Shown here in pieces: positions 29,873 through 32,000 of a DNA stretch of 32,000 nucleotides. The stretch comes from Planctomycetales bacterium (GTDB lineage: Bacteria; 4484-113; JAFGCY01): assembly GCA_022646745.1 (NCBI GenBank), contig CP060262.1, positions 3,120,001 through 3,152,000 of the forward strand. The letters run 5' to 3'. The notes below the pieces were generated by a model. The model searched no databases and was not told where the DNA came from. It was given only the letters and a program-made list of their open reading frames with translations. Numbering within the stretch: position 1 is the first letter of the stretch; each line of letters starts with the position of its first letter. Position numbers and translations under genes: made by a program.

Positions 29873-30280
29873 ATGGCTGATAACACGGTTCCCGCTGGCT
29901 TCAACACGGTTATGCCCTACCTCATCCTGGATGGGGCCGCAGCCGAGATCGAATTCCTGCAGAAGATGTTTGGTGCCAGCATCAACGAGCTGGTAGACAT
30001 GGGTGGTGGCAAGGTCCGGCATGCTGAACTGCATATTGGCAATTCCATGGTGATGCTTGCCGATTCCCGCGAGGATATCCCTGCCAGGCCGACGATGATG
30101 TATGTCTACGTCGCGGATGTCGACGAAACATACGCTAAGGCCATAGCCGCCGGCGCGCATTCAGAGAAGGAACCCTCTGACGAGTTCTACGGAGACAGGA
30201 CGGCCGGACTACGCACGGACCGTGGCATGCAGTGGTACATCGCCACCCATACCGGCAAGACATGGGAGCCGGAGTACTGA
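29873..30280 (+). CDS. VOC (glyoxalase/bleomycin-resistance fold) family protein, PhnB-like
   Basis: NTVMPYLILDGAAAEIEFLQKMFGA...HAELHIGNSMVMLADS...FYGDRTAGLRTDRGMQWYIATH is typical of PhnB-like VOC proteins. The ATG at 29873 is preferred over the GTG at 29852. Confidence 0.8.
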   Translation: MADNTVPAGFNTVMPYLILDGAAAEIEFLQKMFGASINELVDMGGGKVRHAELHIGNSMVMLADSREDIPARPTMMYVYVADVDETYAKAIAAGAHSEKEPSDEFYGDRTAGLRTDRGMQWYIATHTGKTWEPEY

Positions 30281-30283
30281 TCC

Positions 30284-30289
30284 TATAAT
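30284..30289 (+). promoter_or_regulatory. -10 box TATAAT, 10 nt upstream of the ATG at 30300
   Basis: tccTATAATctaggctccaATG. It shares the TCCTATAAT nonamer with the kinase promoter. No Shine-Dalgarno sequence. Confidence 0.4.
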
Positions 30290-30299
30290 CTAGGCTCCA

Positions 30300-31232
30300 A
30301 TGGCCCGCGAACCTGTGGGCCTTGCAGGGAGTCAAGCGAGCGTGCTAGCAACCATCATTGCGGGAAGGGGATTCGGAGCCTGGCTGGACAGGTACCAGGG
30401 CTTCCTTGATCCGGACAACCCCTTCATCAGCTGGCTGCTGATCTTTGATGCAGCAATCCTGCTCGTGCACCTCTGGCTGGTGTTCTGGGTATACCGCGAT
30501 GCCAGCTGGCGCTACAACCGCGGGGCACCCTGGGCCCTGCTGGCGTTCATTTTCCCCTTGGGCGGCTGGCTGTTCTACCTGATGTACCGCATCAGTCCGC
30601 TGACCCAGTTCGACCGTGCCGAGCAGGAACTGTTCGATGACGACGAGCATGAGTGGACTGACTACGACGAATACAAGGCCAACCGCAACGCCAGCCTGTT
30701 CCAGGAACTGTATGAGGCCAGCATGGAAGGCAGTGGCTACACCGCCGAGCAGCGCCAGAGCAGGCGCCGTGAACTGCGCAGGCAGCTTACACCGGAAGAG
30801 AAGGTGGCCCGGCGTGAGGAACGCCTGAAGGAGAAGCAGCTGCGCCAGGAGAAGCTCAAGCAGGTTCGGGAGCAGAAGCAGGAGGACCGCAAGCAGGCGA
30901 AGAGGGATGCGAAGGATCGCAGCACCATGACAGGTCGCCACGGATTCAGCTTTCGCATGAGCGACCGCCGGCAGGCCCGCATAAAGAAGCAGCTGCAGAT
31001 GCTCGAGACCCTTAAGAGCCTGCCGCGTGAGGACCAGATCATCGAGGAGATGATCTTTGAAATGGACTATGTCGGTGCGATGCAGGCGGCTGAGGACGCA
31101 TTGGAGATTGCGAAGGAGATGAATGATGCCCAGGGCCTTGTCACCTATGAGAAGTACCTTGAGCGCATCAAGCGCCTGATTGACGAGGAACTCGAGGAGG
31201 AACGGGAGATCGATTCCCACGGGCAGCAGTGA
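30300..31232 (+). CDS. Membrane protein with a PLDc_N-like two-TM domain and a long Lys/Arg/Glu-rich coiled-coil tail
   Basis: LLVHLWLVFWVYRDASWRYNRGAPWALLAFIFPLGGWLFYLMYR resembles the cardiolipin-synthase N-terminal (PLDc_N) domain. The remainder is highly charged and helical. Confidence 0.65.
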   Translation: MAREPVGLAGSQASVLATIIAGRGFGAWLDRYQGFLDPDNPFISWLLIFDAAILLVHLWLVFWVYRDASWRYNRGAPWALLAFIFPLGGWLFYLMYRISPLTQFDRAEQELFDDDEHEWTDYDEYKANRNASLFQELYEASMEGSGYTAEQRQSRRRELRRQLTPEEKVARREERLKEKQLRQEKLKQVREQKQEDRKQAKRDAKDRSTMTGRHGFSFRMSDRRQARIKKQLQMLETLKSLPREDQIIEEMIFEMDYVGAMQAAEDALEIAKEMNDAQGLVTYEKYLERIKRLIDEELEEEREIDSHGQQ

Positions 31233-31240
31233 ACCGGTGC

Positions 31241-31246
31241 TAGGAT
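31241..31246 (+). promoter_or_regulatory. TAGGAT, 6 nt upstream of the mazG ATG (a -10-like box or an AGGA Shine-Dalgarno; ambiguous)
   Basis: gcTAGGATtgccgcATG. Confidence 0.25.
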
Positions 31247-31252
31247 TGCCGC

Positions 31253-31915
31253 ATGCCCGATGAGTATGTCCTCGAGCGCTGGCGCGCAGCTGTCAGCGGA
31301 CGTGAATCCCAGCTTGAACGGACCCGCGAGTGGTACGGCAAGCTGTTCTCCCTGATGGCTGACCTGCGCAGCCCCGGCGGCTGTCCCTGGGATGTGGAAC
31401 AGAGCCTGGCCAGCCTGCGCCAGTACATCCGCGAGGAAGCGGATGAGGTCTGCAAGGCGATCGATGACATCCTTGCGTACGAGAATGAGCTTCGTGCCGA
31501 AGCCGGTATTCCACAGGACAACCCGGATCCTCCGGCAGAGGAAAAAGCCAGGACTGACAAGAAGGGACACAGCATAGCCCACCACCCGCACAATGCTGAT
31601 TTCTACGCGATAGCCTCAGCATCCGGCGCTCCCCTGCCCGATGAAATCACAGCTGAGCAGCAGGAAAAACTCGATGCCCTCTATGCGGAACTGGTCGAGG
31701 AAATCGGTGACCTGGCATTGCAAAGCGTCTTCCTTTCGGACATCCTGCATGGGATGAAACGGCCCGGACTGGACAGCAGCCTGGAGCAGATCGTGACCAA
31801 GCTGGTCCGTCGACATCCACATGTATACGGTGACACTCAGGCCGCTGACAGTGCCGAAGTGCTGTCCAACTGGCAGCGCATCAAGGACCAAGAGAAAAAG
31901 CAGACTGAACCTTAA
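31253..31915 (+). CDS. mazG: MazG-family nucleoside triphosphate pyrophosphohydrolase with an internal insertion
   Basis: GGCPWDVEQSLASLRQYIREEADEV, EEIGDLALQSVF and VRRHPHVYGD match MazG motifs. Confidence 0.85.
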   Translation: MPDEYVLERWRAAVSGRESQLERTREWYGKLFSLMADLRSPGGCPWDVEQSLASLRQYIREEADEVCKAIDDILAYENELRAEAGIPQDNPDPPAEEKARTDKKGHSIAHHPHNADFYAIASASGAPLPDEITAEQQEKLDALYAELVEEIGDLALQSVFLSDILHGMKRPGLDSSLEQIVTKLVRRHPHVYGDTQAADSAEVLSNWQRIKDQEKKQTEP

Positions 31916-31937
31916 ATCCTGTGGAAACGTCCACGGG

Positions 31938-31943
31938 TATAAT
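31938..31943 (+). promoter_or_regulatory. -10 box TATAAT following a short hairpin (gtgga-aacg-tccac)
   Basis: Perfect hexamer 30 nt upstream of the ATG at 31974. Confidence 0.35.
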
Positions 31944-31973
31944 CAATCGACCGTCCAGGACAGAACTACACAC

Positions 31974-32000
31974 ATGAAAAGATACATCTCAAGCACCCTT
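31974..32000 (+). CDS. Possible start of a downstream gene (MKRYISSTL...), truncated by the window end
   Basis: The ATG is preceded by AGGA 13 nt upstream. Only 9 codons are visible. Confidence 0.2.

Overview
Moderately GC-rich bacterial chromosome segment from a diderm-type organism (it has an LPS heptosyltransferase-family gene, a SPOR protein and TatA). The core (about 11.1-24.8 kb) is the conserved translation/transcription block: tRNA-Thr, tRNA-Tyr, tRNA-Gly, tRNA-Thr, tuf, rpmG, tRNA-Trp, secE, nusG, rplK, rplA, rplJ, rplL, rpoB, rpoC. The left flank holds gcvT (5'-truncated by the window edge), purH, a Cys-rich protein plus small zinc-ribbon protein pair, a GT9 glycosyltransferase, a TlpA-like thioredoxin fused to an unknown domain, thiE, a SPOR protein and tatA. 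These are followed by a stand-alone 5S rRNA gene and four minus-strand genes for exported or unknown proteins: a two-lobed retropepsin-like protease, a degenerate HAD-like protein and two lipoproteins. The right flank holds a Hanks-type Ser/Thr kinase, two translationally coupled unknown envelope proteins, a TMEM43-like membrane protein, a nitrilase-superfamily hydrolase, a VOC/PhnB-like protein, a PLDc_N membrane protein, mazG and the first codons of one more gene. I found no CRISPR array, transposase, integrase, phage genes, toxin-antitoxin pair or recognisable defence system, so I cannot name a convincing new multi-gene system. The best leads are: (1) an orphan, self-contained 5S rRNA minigene; (2) a recurrent leaderless-type promoter geometry, with a -10 box 6-7 nt before ATG/GTG/TTG starts; (3) a secreted tandem retropepsin-like protease; (4) a Cys-rich protein and zinc-ribbon pair upstream of purH; and (5) the uncharacterised envelope gene cluster next to the kinase. 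All calls come from reading the sequence and remembered family motifs. No searches were run.
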